DNA of 64,000 nt, from assembly GCA_964386575.1 (NCBI GenBank), contig CAYLSA010000002.1:22209-86208 (forward strand), read 5' to 3'. The DNA is from an uncultured Oscillospiraceae bacterium. Lineage in GTDB: Bacteria; Bacillota; Clostridia; Oscillospirales; Oscillospiraceae. The notes under the pieces were generated by a model. The model worked only from the letters and a program-made list of their open reading frames with translations. It was not told where the DNA came from and did no database searches. This document shows positions 36,165 to 45,497 of the stretch, piece after piece; positions within the stretch are counted from its first letter, which is position 1; every line of letters begins with the position of its first letter. Made by a program: the position numbers and the translations under genes.

Positions 36165-36668
36165 CTATTGTATTTTCAGATACATATAGTCGAAGGGGAT
36201 ATCCTCATTTCCGATCTTAAAGAAGCTTTCATGCGTGCCGAGTTTCTGAAAGCCGAATTTCTCATACAGATGGATCGCGGACGCGTTGTCGCTGCGAACC
36301 TGCAGATCGATCCCGTCAAAGGAATTTTCCCGGGCAAAGCGGATGATCGCATCCAGCAGGAGATGGCCGACGCCCTTGTTCCAATACGCCCGCAGCACAG
36401 CGATCCCCAGATCGCCGCGGTGCTGCATCCGGCGCGGCAAGCGGCTCAAGCCGGCATCGCCCACGATCCGGCCGTTGTCTTTCGCAACCAGCATGATCTC
36501 GTCGCAGGAGTTCTCCGCCTGTTTGATATGCGCCGCTTCTTCTTCGACTGTAAAGGGCAGGCCCTCCGCGCCGAAGGTGAGATTGTCCGTTTCGCCGCCG
36601 ATCTGCCTGAGATATTCCAGCATCGCCGCCGCATCCATGGGGGATGCTTTTTCGATCACGATACTCAT
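36165..36668 (-). CDS. GNAT family N-acetyltransferase
   Basis: 167 aa from ATG 36668. Acetyl-CoA motif A region VLRAYWNKGVGHLLLD. C-terminal HLYEKFGFQ. Confidence 0.8.
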   Translation of the reverse strand: MSIVIEKASPMDAAAMLEYLRQIGGETDNLTFGAEGLPFTVEEEAAHIKQAENSCDEIMLVAKDNGRIVGDAGLSRLPRRMQHRGDLGIAVLRAYWNKGVGHLLLDAIIRFARENSFDGIDLQVRSDNASAIHLYEKFGFQKLGTHESFFKIGNEDIPFDYMYLKIQ

Positions 36669-36706
36669 GCCGCTCTCTCCTTCCGAAAATGTCCTGCCAT
36701 CGTTTT

Positions 36707-38311
36707 TCACAGCGTTTCGAATATCGCCGCGCCCCGATTCATGAGCCAGCGCCAGCACAGCCACGCGGCCAGCGCCAGAACGACCGTCACAGCCGCGAGA
36801 TACACCGTCGGGGACAAAACATCCACCAGCGGCCAATAGCCCAGCGCCGGCACGAGCGCCAGCAGCCATCCGCCAAACAGCGTGACCGTTACGGCCATGC
36901 TCTGCTTGACGGGCTGGGTCTCGCTCGTCCAGGAGAAATTCGGCTTGCGCAGTCCGAGCATCAGACCCAGTGTGCCCATCAGCGCGATGAACGCAAGCGA
37001 CGCGGCCATAAGCAGCACGCTTGTGAGCGCATCGAGCCGCAAAACGACGGCCAGCGCCACGCCCAGCAGCACCGCCGCCGGAACGTTTAGCAGAAAATGC
37101 ATCGCATCCTTGGCCCGCAGTACGTCCTTCGCTCGCACCGGCAGGCTTTGCAGCAGCCACAGGCTCTTGCCCTCGAGCGCCACGGACGGCGCAGAGATCG
37201 TGTTCATCGACGCGGCCAGGCAGAGCATCGAGGCGGCCAGCACCGGCAGCATGGCGGAGACCACGGGAAGCTCCTGTGCGGCCATTTCGACATAACCGCG
37301 CAGAAGGTCGAGCTTTATCAGCGCAAAAACGGCCACGGCGGCCATGAGGATCAGGCCGAGTCCCGTGTTTAGCATATAGGTGGAGCTGGACGCGAAGCGG
37401 CGCAGTTCCTTGCGCAGAAGCGTGACGTGGATGCCGCGCTGCTTTGCCTCGCGGCGGCGGTAGGCGGTCTTCCTCTCGCCGGAGGTGGCGGTGGTGATGC
37501 GCAGAAAACTGCGGGACATGACGAGCATCAGTGCGGCAAAGCACACCGCGGCGATCGCGATCGTGACCAGAAGTCCCACGACACTGCCGCAGGCGGCGCT
37601 GCCGAGCTGATACAGCGGCCAAAGCGAGTTCTGCACGGCCTGTGCCACGGCCTCGGCGTTTGCGACGATCGACTGGATGCAGCTTGAAAGCTTGTAATAG
37701 AAAAAGTAGTATACAACGATGAACGCGAGCGACAGAAGCACCGTTATGAAGCTGCGGTTTTTCAGCTTCGTGGACAGCAGTGCCACCAACCAGCCGAGCG
37801 CGCAGGTGAGCACCAGCACAAATATGCCGATCACCAGCAGCAAAACAAGCTGCGCAAGCAGCGCGCCGATCGTTCCGCCGCTGCAAAACCACGGCACGAC
37901 CATGGCCGGGACGAACGCGATGGCCTCGTACAAAAGGCCCATGGCGTAAACGCCCGTCATGCGCACGAGCAGAAGCTTCACCGGCGGGATGGGCATGGAC
38001 AAAAGCAGGTCGTTATCCTTGGCCAGATACAGGCTCGCATAGGTGTTGAACACGCTGCCGAACACGCCCAGAACGATGGAAAACAGCGCACACAGGATGT
38101 AATACACCCTTTCGTAGCCCAGCGGGGCAAGGCCCTGATACAGCATGAGTTCGAACATCCCTATGACCACGCCGAGCAGTGCGAAGATGGCGATGTAGAG
38201 CGCGACCATGCCGATCGTGCCGCTTTTAGAGCGCAGGGCGCCGGTTTTGCGGCTGCGGAAGTAGAACTGGTTTAGCTCAAGGAATTGTTTTTTCAGCAGA
38301 GCTTTCAGCAT
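36707..38311 (-). CDS. large polytopic permease of an ABC-2-type exporter
   Basis: 534 aa, at least 10 predicted TM segments. Immediately downstream of the ATPase gene (3-nt gap). Confidence 0.6.
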   Translation of the reverse strand: MLKALLKKQFLELNQFYFRSRKTGALRSKSGTIGMVALYIAIFALLGVVIGMFELMLYQGLAPLGYERVYYILCALFSIVLGVFGSVFNTYASLYLAKDNDLLLSMPIPPVKLLLVRMTGVYAMGLLYEAIAFVPAMVVPWFCSGGTIGALLAQLVLLLVIGIFVLVLTCALGWLVALLSTKLKNRSFITVLLSLAFIVVYYFFYYKLSSCIQSIVANAEAVAQAVQNSLWPLYQLGSAACGSVVGLLVTIAIAAVCFAALMLVMSRSFLRITTATSGERKTAYRRREAKQRGIHVTLLRKELRRFASSSTYMLNTGLGLILMAAVAVFALIKLDLLRGYVEMAAQELPVVSAMLPVLAASMLCLAASMNTISAPSVALEGKSLWLLQSLPVRAKDVLRAKDAMHFLLNVPAAVLLGVALAVVLRLDALTSVLLMAASLAFIALMGTLGLMLGLRKPNFSWTSETQPVKQSMAVTVTLFGGWLLALVPALGYWPLVDVLSPTVYLAAVTVVLALAAWLCWRWLMNRGAAIFETL

Positions 38312-38314
38312 GGC

Positions 38315-39019
38315 TCAGCCCTCCAGCTCCAAAAATACGCTCTCGAGCGAGGCGTCGCCGCGCACCTCGTCCATCGCTCCGGCGCGGATGAGACGGCCGG
38401 ATTTGATGATGGCGACCTTGTCGCACAGCTTCTCGGCCACTTCCAGAACGTGGGTGGAGAAGAAGATCGCGCCGCCGTTATCGCACAGCTCGCGCATCAT
38501 TCCCTTGAGCGTGTGGGCGGCTTTCGGGTCAAGACCCACGAACGGCTCATCCATCACGATCAGCTCCGGCGCGTGCAGCCACGCGGCGATGATGGCAAGC
38601 TTCTGCTTCATGCCGTGGGAATAGGCGCTGATGGGCTGGCCCAGATCGTCCGTCAGCTCAAAGGCGGCGGCGTAGCGCTCGATGCGCTCGGTACGCGCTT
38701 CGGCGGACACGGCGAAGATGTCGGCGATGAAATTCAGATAGCCGATGCCGGTCATGAAGTCGTAAAGATCGGGATTGTCCGGGATATAGGCCAGACGTTT
38801 TTTGCCCTCCAGCGGTCTCTCGCGCACGCTTTCGCCGGCGATGAAAACCTCGCCCGCGTCCGGACGCAAAATGCCCGCGATGCACTTGAGTGTGGTAGTC
38901 TTGCCGGCGCCGTTGTGGCCGATGAAAGCGTAGATCTCGCCCGGCTCGATGCGCAGCGTGAGATCGTCCACGGCCTTCACATCGCCATATTTCTTGGTAA
39001 GATTCTCAATACGCAGCAT
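38315..39019 (-). CDS. ABC transporter ATP-binding protein (ABC-2 / drug-exporter type)
   Basis: Walker A GHNGAGKTT, signature YSHGMKQKLAI, Walker B LIVMDEPFVGLD. Confidence 0.85.
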   Translation of the reverse strand: MLRIENLTKKYGDVKAVDDLTLRIEPGEIYAFIGHNGAGKTTTLKCIAGILRPDAGEVFIAGESVRERPLEGKKRLAYIPDNPDLYDFMTGIGYLNFIADIFAVSAEARTERIERYAAAFELTDDLGQPISAYSHGMKQKLAIIAAWLHAPELIVMDEPFVGLDPKAAHTLKGMMRELCDNGGAIFFSTHVLEVAEKLCDKVAIIKSGRLIRAGAMDEVRGDASLESVFLELEG

Positions 39020-39022
39020 GGG

Positions 39023-39595
39023 TCACACCTCCTCGTCCGACGGCGCGATATCCTGCACTGCACCAAGCTGCTCGGCGGCCGCGCGGCAAAGCACGGAGCC
39101 CACGATCAGCAGCGCGCCCAATGTGATCGAGCCGTCCAGACTGAAGCGGAACGCCGCGTCATAAAGTCCCGGCACGAACGCCTGCGCGATGCCCCAGCCA
39201 ATGGCCGAAACGAGCATCGTGCCGTAGGGCACGGCGATGGCCAGAATGCCAAGGCGCTTGAGCTCTTTGGCTCCGGCGACGGTGAAGGGCGTTCCGGCCG
39301 CGAGGACGTTTTTGAAGTAAAGCTCACCGAAGCGGCTGACCACGCATTCCGCCGCGGCCATCAGCATCCCGACGACCATGGTGCCGTACAGCATGGACAT
39401 GGTCATATCCGCGCTCTGCTCAATGAGCCCGTGGATGGACACGCCGCCGAGTTTGAAGCTATCCTCGGGCAAAATGGCCACGCTCACGATGCCGACAACG
39501 CAGCCGATCGCGCCCACAAGGCAGCAGATGTAGATGATCTTGCTCAGGATGCGGCCGATCTTGGCGAGCACCTGCAAGGTTTTCAAACTTTTCAC
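39023..39595 (-). CDS. small integral membrane protein, unknown function
   Basis: GTG at 39595 is preferred over the TTG at 39646 because of an AGGAGG RBS 9 nt upstream. Four to five hydrophobic segments. Confidence 0.5.
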   Translation of the reverse strand: MKSLKTLQVLAKIGRILSKIIYICCLVGAIGCVVGIVSVAILPEDSFKLGGVSIHGLIEQSADMTMSMLYGTMVVGMLMAAAECVVSRFGELYFKNVLAAGTPFTVAGAKELKRLGILAIAVPYGTMLVSAIGWGIAQAFVPGLYDAAFRFSLDGSITLGALLIVGSVLCRAAAEQLGAVQDIAPSDEEV

Positions 39596-39658
39596 GATTC
39601 TTTTCCTCCTGTCATTACTCTCGATACCATTTAATATAGCGCACAACGTGCGTCCGGG

Positions 39659-40291
39659 TCAGACATAGCCCGCCGGGTCTTCCGGCAGAGCGGCATCCTT
39701 TTGGGGGATGATCCCGGTGCGGTCGTCCGCCGGAGCCTTCGCGCCGATCACGAGCCGCCGGAACATCGAGCCGAGCAGCTCCGCCTGCTGCGCCTGCGTG
39801 TAATGCACCAGGTCACAGGCGATCATGCAGCAAAGGCCGTGGGTGTAAACAACGAGGCTGGAAAACAGCCAGTGGGCATTGTCCTCCGAAAGGCCGAAGC
39901 TCGTCTGCAGAAGCTCGATCATCCGTCCCAGCAGCCCCTCGGCCTGAACGTAATGCATGAGCGGGTTTTCCGCGCCGGGACGCATGAACAGCAGCGCGTA
40001 AAGCTTCGGCTCCTCGTCGGCGAAGTGCAGACACTCAAGTCCAAACCCCTTAAACGGCGGATTCATGGCCATCCCATCCTCGGCGTAGCGGTCGAACTTG
40101 GCGCGCGCGGTGTCCATGGCGGCGCGGCGGATGTCCTCCACGCTTTGGAAGTGGGTGAACACGCTCGGGGCCGAGGCGTTCAGCCGGCGCCCCAGCTCCT
40201 GCGCCGTGATGGATTCGATGGAGCTTTCGCGGATGATGTCCAGCGCTGCGTCCAGCAGCGCCTCGCGGGTGTATTTCGGTTTGGCCGGCAT
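39659..40291 (-). CDS. TetR/AcrR family transcriptional regulator
   Basis: N-terminal HTH: REALLDAALDIIRESSIESITAQELGRRLNASAPSVFTHFQS. Confidence 0.85.
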   Translation of the reverse strand: MPAKPKYTREALLDAALDIIRESSIESITAQELGRRLNASAPSVFTHFQSVEDIRRAAMDTARAKFDRYAEDGMAMNPPFKGFGLECLHFADEEPKLYALLFMRPGAENPLMHYVQAEGLLGRMIELLQTSFGLSEDNAHWLFSSLVVYTHGLCCMIACDLVHYTQAQQAELLGSMFRRLVIGAKAPADDRTGIIPQKDAALPEDPAGYV

Positions 40292-40336
40292 AGGCTCGCC
40301 TCCAATGCTTAATTGATGTTTCGTAACGCCTGTTTC

Positions 40337-40378
40337 TTAACGCGCGTTAATAATACGCCTGTGTGCCGTCCTTGTCAA
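40337..40378 (-). promoter_or_regulatory. promoter of the TetR-ABC operon with an overlapping palindromic operator candidate
   Basis: Minus strand: TTGACA (40373-40378) - 17 nt - TATTAT (40350-40355). Abutted by the perfect 14-bp palindrome TTAACGCGCGTTAA (40337-40350). Confidence 0.5.
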
Positions 40379-40464
40379 GAGGGAATATGGGCAAAAAGCG
40401 CTTAATCTGATGAAGATTTTGGTGAACAAATTTGGCGTTTTGACGAAAGTTTTCAATTTTTCCC

Positions 40465-40493
40465 TTGAAGTGGGTTACATAATGTGCTAAAAT
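40465..40493 (+). promoter_or_regulatory. promoter for secreted protein C
   Basis: TTGAAG - 17 nt - TAAAAT. Confidence 0.5.
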
Positions 40494-40536
40494 CGTTGCG
40501 CTTGAAAGCAAACCAAAAGGAGAAAGGAAGACTGCA

Positions 40537-42768
40537 ATGAAGAAAACAACCAAGCTGTTTGCGCTCGTGACGGCATTTTGCATGCTGCTGTCGCTCGGCG
40601 CACTGGCCGCCTCCGGCGAGGCGGAAGAATACGACGTCAACGCCGCCCGTCAGGAAGCGTTCGGCATCGTGACGGCTTCCGGCGAGGCCTCGGCCTCCGA
40701 GGAGATCACCTATGACAACTATGTGGACGAGTCGGCGAGCTATGACCGCTTTGTCTTCGACGGCACCACCTACGGCGCGCATGACGGCTATCTCACCGTC
40801 ACGGTCGAGGGCGTGGAGGTCGATCCCTCGGCGCTCGACGGCGAATACAGCGATGTTGTGTTCACCGTGACCGGCCAGATCCCCGCCTTTGTGGACGGCT
40901 ACGCCTCCGCTTACCGCACCGCGCTGTATTACGATGCGGACGGCCTGAACGAGGATCTTTCCGTCACCGCCGCCGTGCTCGAGGGCGAGTATGACGACGA
41001 AGGCGCTTCCGATCTTTACATCGAGTCGCTGAACAAAAACTTCGAGGGCATCATCTTCGGCGGCGGCGAATACACCATCGACGGTTTGCGCATGGTGGCC
41101 GAGGGCAACGGCGCGAACGACTTTGCCGGCGTGGGTGCGGGCATCGCGGTCGGCGGCGATGCGACTGTCACCGTCAACGACTATGAGTTCATCGCCCACG
41201 GCATCATCCGCCACGGCGTGTTCGTCGGCGGCGACGATCTTCAGAACCCGGCCGAGCTGACCGTGAACAACGGTCTCATCCTCACGGGCAACCCCGTGGA
41301 CGAAAACGGCGAGGCCATGTATCAGCCGGAATCCGGTATGTCCATGTATGCCTCCCCCTGGATGCTTGGCATCGAGCCGACCGCCGAGGTGCGCTCGCAG
41401 CTGATGGCCTCCACCGGCATTGCCACCTATAACGACACCGTGATCGTGTCCTCCGGCTGGGGTGTTGTGTCCTCCGACGCAGTGGACGGCGGCGAACACT
41501 GGGGCGACTACACCATCCAGATGAATCTCAACGACTGCATCCTGGACTTCACCGGCAACTCCGGCTATGTGTCCTATGCCATTGGCGCCACGCATAACAC
41601 CTTCACCAACTGCATCATCGGCAACGCCATCGCCTCCGGCGCGCTGGACGATACCATTGAATATGTCAAGGACGAATACGACTACGATCTGGGCTATGAG
41701 TCCGACGTGGAGATCGACGCCGACGGCCGCGCCTACAACACCACCTATGCGCTCATCGTGGCGAACGAAACCTCCGGCGGCACCTTCGACAACTGCATCT
41801 ACACCGGCCAGTACGGCGTGATGTACCACAAGACCAACAACGTCTCCTATGTTCCCGGCGCGACCGACAACTCGTCCGATGAGCTGTTTGCCGACGGCAG
41901 CACCGAGATCCGCGACAGCGAGTTCTACACCAAGGGCGCGGCGCTGCTCGTGAAGGCCTGCACCCCCGTCATCAACGTGGAGAACACCAAGTTTGAGTCC
42001 GAGTCCGGCGTTATCGTGCAGCTTGCCACCTGCGATGACCCCGGTATGGGCAGCCGCTACTTCAGCGAAAAACTCGATCTGACCGCGCCGGTCGAGGCCG
42101 ACCCCGCGTACGATCCCTATGACTACAACACCAAAAACCAGACCATCTTCTCCTACAACGTCAAGAACATGATCAACGACGTTCAGGTCTCCTTCACCGA
42201 CTGCAACGGCGATACCGCGCTCAACGGCGATTTCTACAACTCCATCTCCGTTTCCACCACCGGCGAGGGCATGACCTGGTTTGGCCAGAACCTCATCCTG
42301 AACTTCTCCAACTGCGAGATCAACGGCAACGCCAGCTCCTCCTCCGCCCTGCATAACGCCTACACCGGCTACTACGATGCCGAGGGCAATGAAGTCGAGG
42401 CCGATTCTCTGGAAGAAGCCATCGAAAAGGGCGCCGTGGAAGGCCGCATCACCTCCGACAACGCCACCTATCTCGGCTGGATGACCAACACCATCTCCGC
42501 GCCCGTGAACAACGGCGTTTGGGTCTGCCTGTCGGACGGCTCCGTCTGGACGCCGAACAAGACCTGCTTCCTCACCGTTCTCGATGTGGAGGAAGGCTCC
42601 GTCATCAACGGCAACGTCACCATCGACGGTGAGATCGTGGACGTCACGGCCGGTGGCCACTGGACCGGCAACATCAAGGTCATGCCCGCCGGCGGCATCG
42701 ATGTTGTGGATATCGAAGGCGAAAGCTATGTCGCCCTCGACGCGCTGAAGGCGTTCCTCGGCCTGTAA
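40537..42768 (+). CDS. large secreted protein, paralog C; function unknown
   Basis: 743 aa. Signal peptide MKKTTKLFALVTAFCMLLSLGALA. Collinear with paralog B, and shares the C-terminal WxxxxxxxxLTVLDV motif. Confidence 0.75.
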   Translation: MKKTTKLFALVTAFCMLLSLGALAASGEAEEYDVNAARQEAFGIVTASGEASASEEITYDNYVDESASYDRFVFDGTTYGAHDGYLTVTVEGVEVDPSALDGEYSDVVFTVTGQIPAFVDGYASAYRTALYYDADGLNEDLSVTAAVLEGEYDDEGASDLYIESLNKNFEGIIFGGGEYTIDGLRMVAEGNGANDFAGVGAGIAVGGDATVTVNDYEFIAHGIIRHGVFVGGDDLQNPAELTVNNGLILTGNPVDENGEAMYQPESGMSMYASPWMLGIEPTAEVRSQLMASTGIATYNDTVIVSSGWGVVSSDAVDGGEHWGDYTIQMNLNDCILDFTGNSGYVSYAIGATHNTFTNCIIGNAIASGALDDTIEYVKDEYDYDLGYESDVEIDADGRAYNTTYALIVANETSGGTFDNCIYTGQYGVMYHKTNNVSYVPGATDNSSDELFADGSTEIRDSEFYTKGAALLVKACTPVINVENTKFESESGVIVQLATCDDPGMGSRYFSEKLDLTAPVEADPAYDPYDYNTKNQTIFSYNVKNMINDVQVSFTDCNGDTALNGDFYNSISVSTTGEGMTWFGQNLILNFSNCEINGNASSSSALHNAYTGYYDAEGNEVEADSLEEAIEKGAVEGRITSDNATYLGWMTNTISAPVNNGVWVCLSDGSVWTPNKTCFLTVLDVEEGSVINGNVTIDGEIVDVTAGGHWTGNIKVMPAGGIDVVDIEGESYVALDALKAFLGL

Positions 42769-42784
42769 GCGAAAGCAAAATCAA

Positions 42785-42818
42785 AGGCTCGGAGCAATCG
42801 CTCCGAGCCTTTTTGTTT
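42785..42818. terminator. terminator between paralog C and the DUF4349 gene
   Basis: AGGCTCGGAG-CAATCG-CTCCGAGCCT followed by TTTTGTTTG. Confidence 0.75.
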
Positions 42819-42834
42819 GTCAGAAAGCACTTTA

Positions 42835-43803
42835 TCAATCGGTTCTGTCGGTTTTGTCCTGCGGGGTGGCGTAGGTCTGCGGGGGATAGTTGGGCTTTGC
42901 GGCGCGGCGCTTGCGGCGGCGGATGAGCAGGATCACGACCAGCGCGATCACACCCAGCAGCACGAGCACCGGCAGCGAGATGAGGATGAATTCCAGCAGA
43001 TCGGAGAAAAAGCGCCCGATGCCGCGCAGGGTGCGCGAAAAGCCGCGCGCGATGTTCGCCCAGTAGCCGAGCTCCTCGGTTTCCACGATCTCCTCGACCT
43101 CCTCGACCGTCAGATGCAGCGTGGAGTAGCTGATGAGACTGTCCCAGCCGCGCAGATCGGTGGTCAGGCTTTCGATGTTGTAGCGCACCTCGGCCAGCCG
43201 GTCTTCGATGTCCAGCATATCCTCGACCGTTTCGGCCTTTTCCAGCATGGCCAGCAGCCGGTCCTCCTCCGTGCGGTAAACGGCGAGACGGCTTTCCGTG
43301 TCGTAATACGCGCTGGCCACGTTTTCGGCCGTGATGGAACAGTGGGACACATGGCCAAGCTCGGAAAGACCCGCGGTCACGCTCTCAAAGCTTTCGCGCG
43401 GGATGCGGATGGTGTATTCCGCCGAGCGCAGGCTGTTTGCGTGGTAATAGCCGCCGCGCAGGCTGCTCGCTTCCAGAAAACCGCCGGTCTGCTCGATGAG
43501 CGACTGCACGGCCTCGCAGCAGGCGTCAAATTCCAGGGTCTCGATCTCGGCGTGGCCGGTGTAGATGATCTTGGAGGTGTCGATATCCGTGGAAGATCCG
43601 GCAGTGTTGCCCGCGGAGCCAACGGAAAAGTCCGCGGCGGACTCCGGCGCCCCGTTTTCAAGCGGCGCGGAATCCGCGACCTCATAGGCCTCCTCCGTTA
43701 TGGCGTAGGTACCTTCGGACGGGGCGCGGTCGGCGCTTTTGCCGCAGGCGCATAGTCCGGCCAACGCGAGCAGGGCGAGAATGAGAGCAAGGGCTTTCTT
43801 CAT
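42835..43803 (-). CDS. DUF4349-family lipoprotein with a C-terminal TM anchor
   Basis: Signal and lipobox LLALAGLCAC. Blocks KIIYTGHAEIETLEFD, YTIRIPRESFESV and DIEDRLAEVRYNIESL. C-terminal TM segment and an RRRKRR stop-transfer sequence. Confidence 0.75.
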   Translation of the reverse strand: MKKALALILALLALAGLCACGKSADRAPSEGTYAITEEAYEVADSAPLENGAPESAADFSVGSAGNTAGSSTDIDTSKIIYTGHAEIETLEFDACCEAVQSLIEQTGGFLEASSLRGGYYHANSLRSAEYTIRIPRESFESVTAGLSELGHVSHCSITAENVASAYYDTESRLAVYRTEEDRLLAMLEKAETVEDMLDIEDRLAEVRYNIESLTTDLRGWDSLISYSTLHLTVEEVEEIVETEELGYWANIARGFSRTLRGIGRFFSDLLEFILISLPVLVLLGVIALVVILLIRRRKRRAAKPNYPPQTYATPQDKTDRTD

Positions 43804-43821
43804 ATTCGTATCCTCCGTTTG

Positions 43822-43870
43822 AAAAAAATCCGCTTCGTTTCATGGGTTTTGGTCATAAGACGAAGCGGAT
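43822..43870 (-). terminator. terminator-like hairpin after proS (large loop)
   Basis: Minus strand: ATCCGCTTCG...CGAAGCGGAT (10-bp stem, 23-nt loop) followed by TTTTTTT. Because it lies just upstream of the DUF4349 RBS, read-through is possible. Confidence 0.45.
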
Positions 43871-43889
43871 GTTTATTTTGTTCCCGATT

Positions 43890-45326
43890 TTAGTAGGCGA
43901 CGCCCCAGAAAATGTCCGTGGTGCATTCCTTGCCGCAGATGGGGCAGCGGCCCGTGGTGCCGGACTGGTCAAGCGGCATGCAGCGGCTGGACACGCCGGC
44001 CTTTTCCTTCATGCCAAGCTCGCATTCGAGACTGCCGCACCATTTCGTGCGGGCAAAGCCGCCGCCGTTTTGCACCATCTGCTGCACGTCCTGCCAGGTC
44101 TCCAGTGCGTAGGTGTGCTCGGCCAGATTCTTCTCGGCCATGGCGTAGAGATTGTCGTGAACGTCCTGCAAAAGCTTGGGTATGGCGGTCTCAAGCTCCG
44201 CGAGGGGGACGAATACCTTCTCGCCGTTGTCGCGCCGCGCCACGCAGCACTGGTCCTTTTCCATGTCCTTCGGGCCGATCTCCACGCGCAGGGGCACGCC
44301 CTTCATCTCGTACTCCGCGAACTTCCAGCCGGGGGAGTTGTCGGAATCGTCGAGCTTGACGCGCAGACCGAGAGCCTCGATGCGGGCCTTGAGCGCTTCG
44401 GCTGCCTCGGTCACGCCGGGCTTATGCTGCGCGATGGGCAGCACGACCACCTGCGTGGGCGCGATGGCGGGCGGCAGAACAAGGCCGTTGTTGTCGCTGT
44501 GGGTCATGATGACGGCGCCGATCAGACGCGTGGAGGAGCCCCACGAGGTCTGGAACGGATATTGCAGGGTGTTGTCGCGTCCGGTGAAGGTGACGTCATA
44601 GGCGCGGGAGAACTTGTCGCCGAAGAAGTGGCTGGTGCCGGACTGCAGGGCCTTGTGGTCCTTCATCATGCACTCGATGGTGTAGGTGGCCTCCGCCCCG
44701 GCGAATTTTTCTTTGTCGGTTTTGCGGCCCTTGACCACGGGCATGGCCAGCGCGTCGCGGCAGAAATCGGCGTAGCAGTTGAGCTGCTGCTCGGTTTCGG
44801 CAATGGCCTCCTCGGCCGTTTCGTGGATGGTGTGGCCTTCCTGCCACCAGAACTCGCGCGAGCGCAGGAACGGCCGCGTGGTCTTTTCCCAGCGGATGAC
44901 GGAGCACCACTGGTTGTAAAGCATGGGAAGCTGGCGCCAGCTTTGCAGAATGTTGTGCCAATGGTCGCAGAACATGGTCTCGGACGTGGGCCGGAAGGCC
45001 AGACGCTCCTCCAGCTCCTCGCTGCCGCCGTGGGTGATCCACGCCACTTCCGGCGCGAAGCCCTCGACCAGCTCGCCCTCCTTTTTCAGAAGGCTCTCCG
45101 GGATCAAAACCGGCATGGCCACGTTCACATGGCCGGTTTTCTTGAACATGCCGTCCATGATGCGCTGGATATTTTCCCAGATCGCGTAGCCATAGGGCCG
45201 CAGGATGAGAAAGCCCTTAACGGAGGCGTAGTCCACCAGCTCCGCCTTGCGGCAGATGTCGGTGTACCACTGGGCGAAATCGTCCTCCATGTTGGTGATC
45301 TGCTCGACTTTTTTGTCCTTTGCCAT
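43890..45326 (-). CDS. proS: proline--tRNA ligase, archaeal/eukaryote-like type
   Basis: 478 aa from ATG 45326. DFAQWYTDICRKAELVDY, RPTSET and SWGxSTR blocks. C-terminal zinc-ribbon-like CxxC...CPICG, ending in Tyr. Confidence 0.85.
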   Translation of the reverse strand: MAKDKKVEQITNMEDDFAQWYTDICRKAELVDYASVKGFLILRPYGYAIWENIQRIMDGMFKKTGHVNVAMPVLIPESLLKKEGELVEGFAPEVAWITHGGSEELEERLAFRPTSETMFCDHWHNILQSWRQLPMLYNQWCSVIRWEKTTRPFLRSREFWWQEGHTIHETAEEAIAETEQQLNCYADFCRDALAMPVVKGRKTDKEKFAGAEATYTIECMMKDHKALQSGTSHFFGDKFSRAYDVTFTGRDNTLQYPFQTSWGSSTRLIGAVIMTHSDNNGLVLPPAIAPTQVVVLPIAQHKPGVTEAAEALKARIEALGLRVKLDDSDNSPGWKFAEYEMKGVPLRVEIGPKDMEKDQCCVARRDNGEKVFVPLAELETAIPKLLQDVHDNLYAMAEKNLAEHTYALETWQDVQQMVQNGGGFARTKWCGSLECELGMKEKAGVSSRCMPLDQSGTTGRCPICGKECTTDIFWGVAY

Positions 45327-45382
45327 AATATATCCTCTCTGATCTGCGGCCTGCGCGGGCCGCCTCATTTTCGTAACAACTT

Positions 45383-45411
45383 ATTTTATATGTGTGCGCC
45401 GAGCTTGTCAA
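45383..45411 (-). promoter_or_regulatory. promoter for proS
   Basis: Minus strand: TTGACA - 17 nt - TAAAAT. Confidence 0.55.
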
Positions 45412-45417
45412 GCCGGA

Positions 45418-45448
45418 TTGACGCGGCGCGGGAAATATGGTATATAAT
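45418..45448 (+). promoter_or_regulatory. promoter for the DUF1700-like gene (divergent from proS)
   Basis: TTGACG - 17 nt - TATATA (overlapping TATAAT). Confidence 0.5.
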
Positions 45449-45497
45449 AATATTCGTAGTATTTTACACTTTCTTCGATTCGAGCGGGAGGCACGAC

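Noticed and set aside
45327-45411. T-box leader upstream of proS. Also considered: an L-box upstream of lysC (48313-48368), a ZTP/THF riboswitch upstream of glyA (23631-23782), and a c-di-AMP riboswitch upstream of trkA (16603-16759).
   Set aside because: In each case the distance from the predicted promoter to the start codon is only about 40-80 nt. That is too short for these riboswitches, and I did not see the conserved cores (T-box AGGGTGGNACCGCG, the lysine or ydaO motifs).
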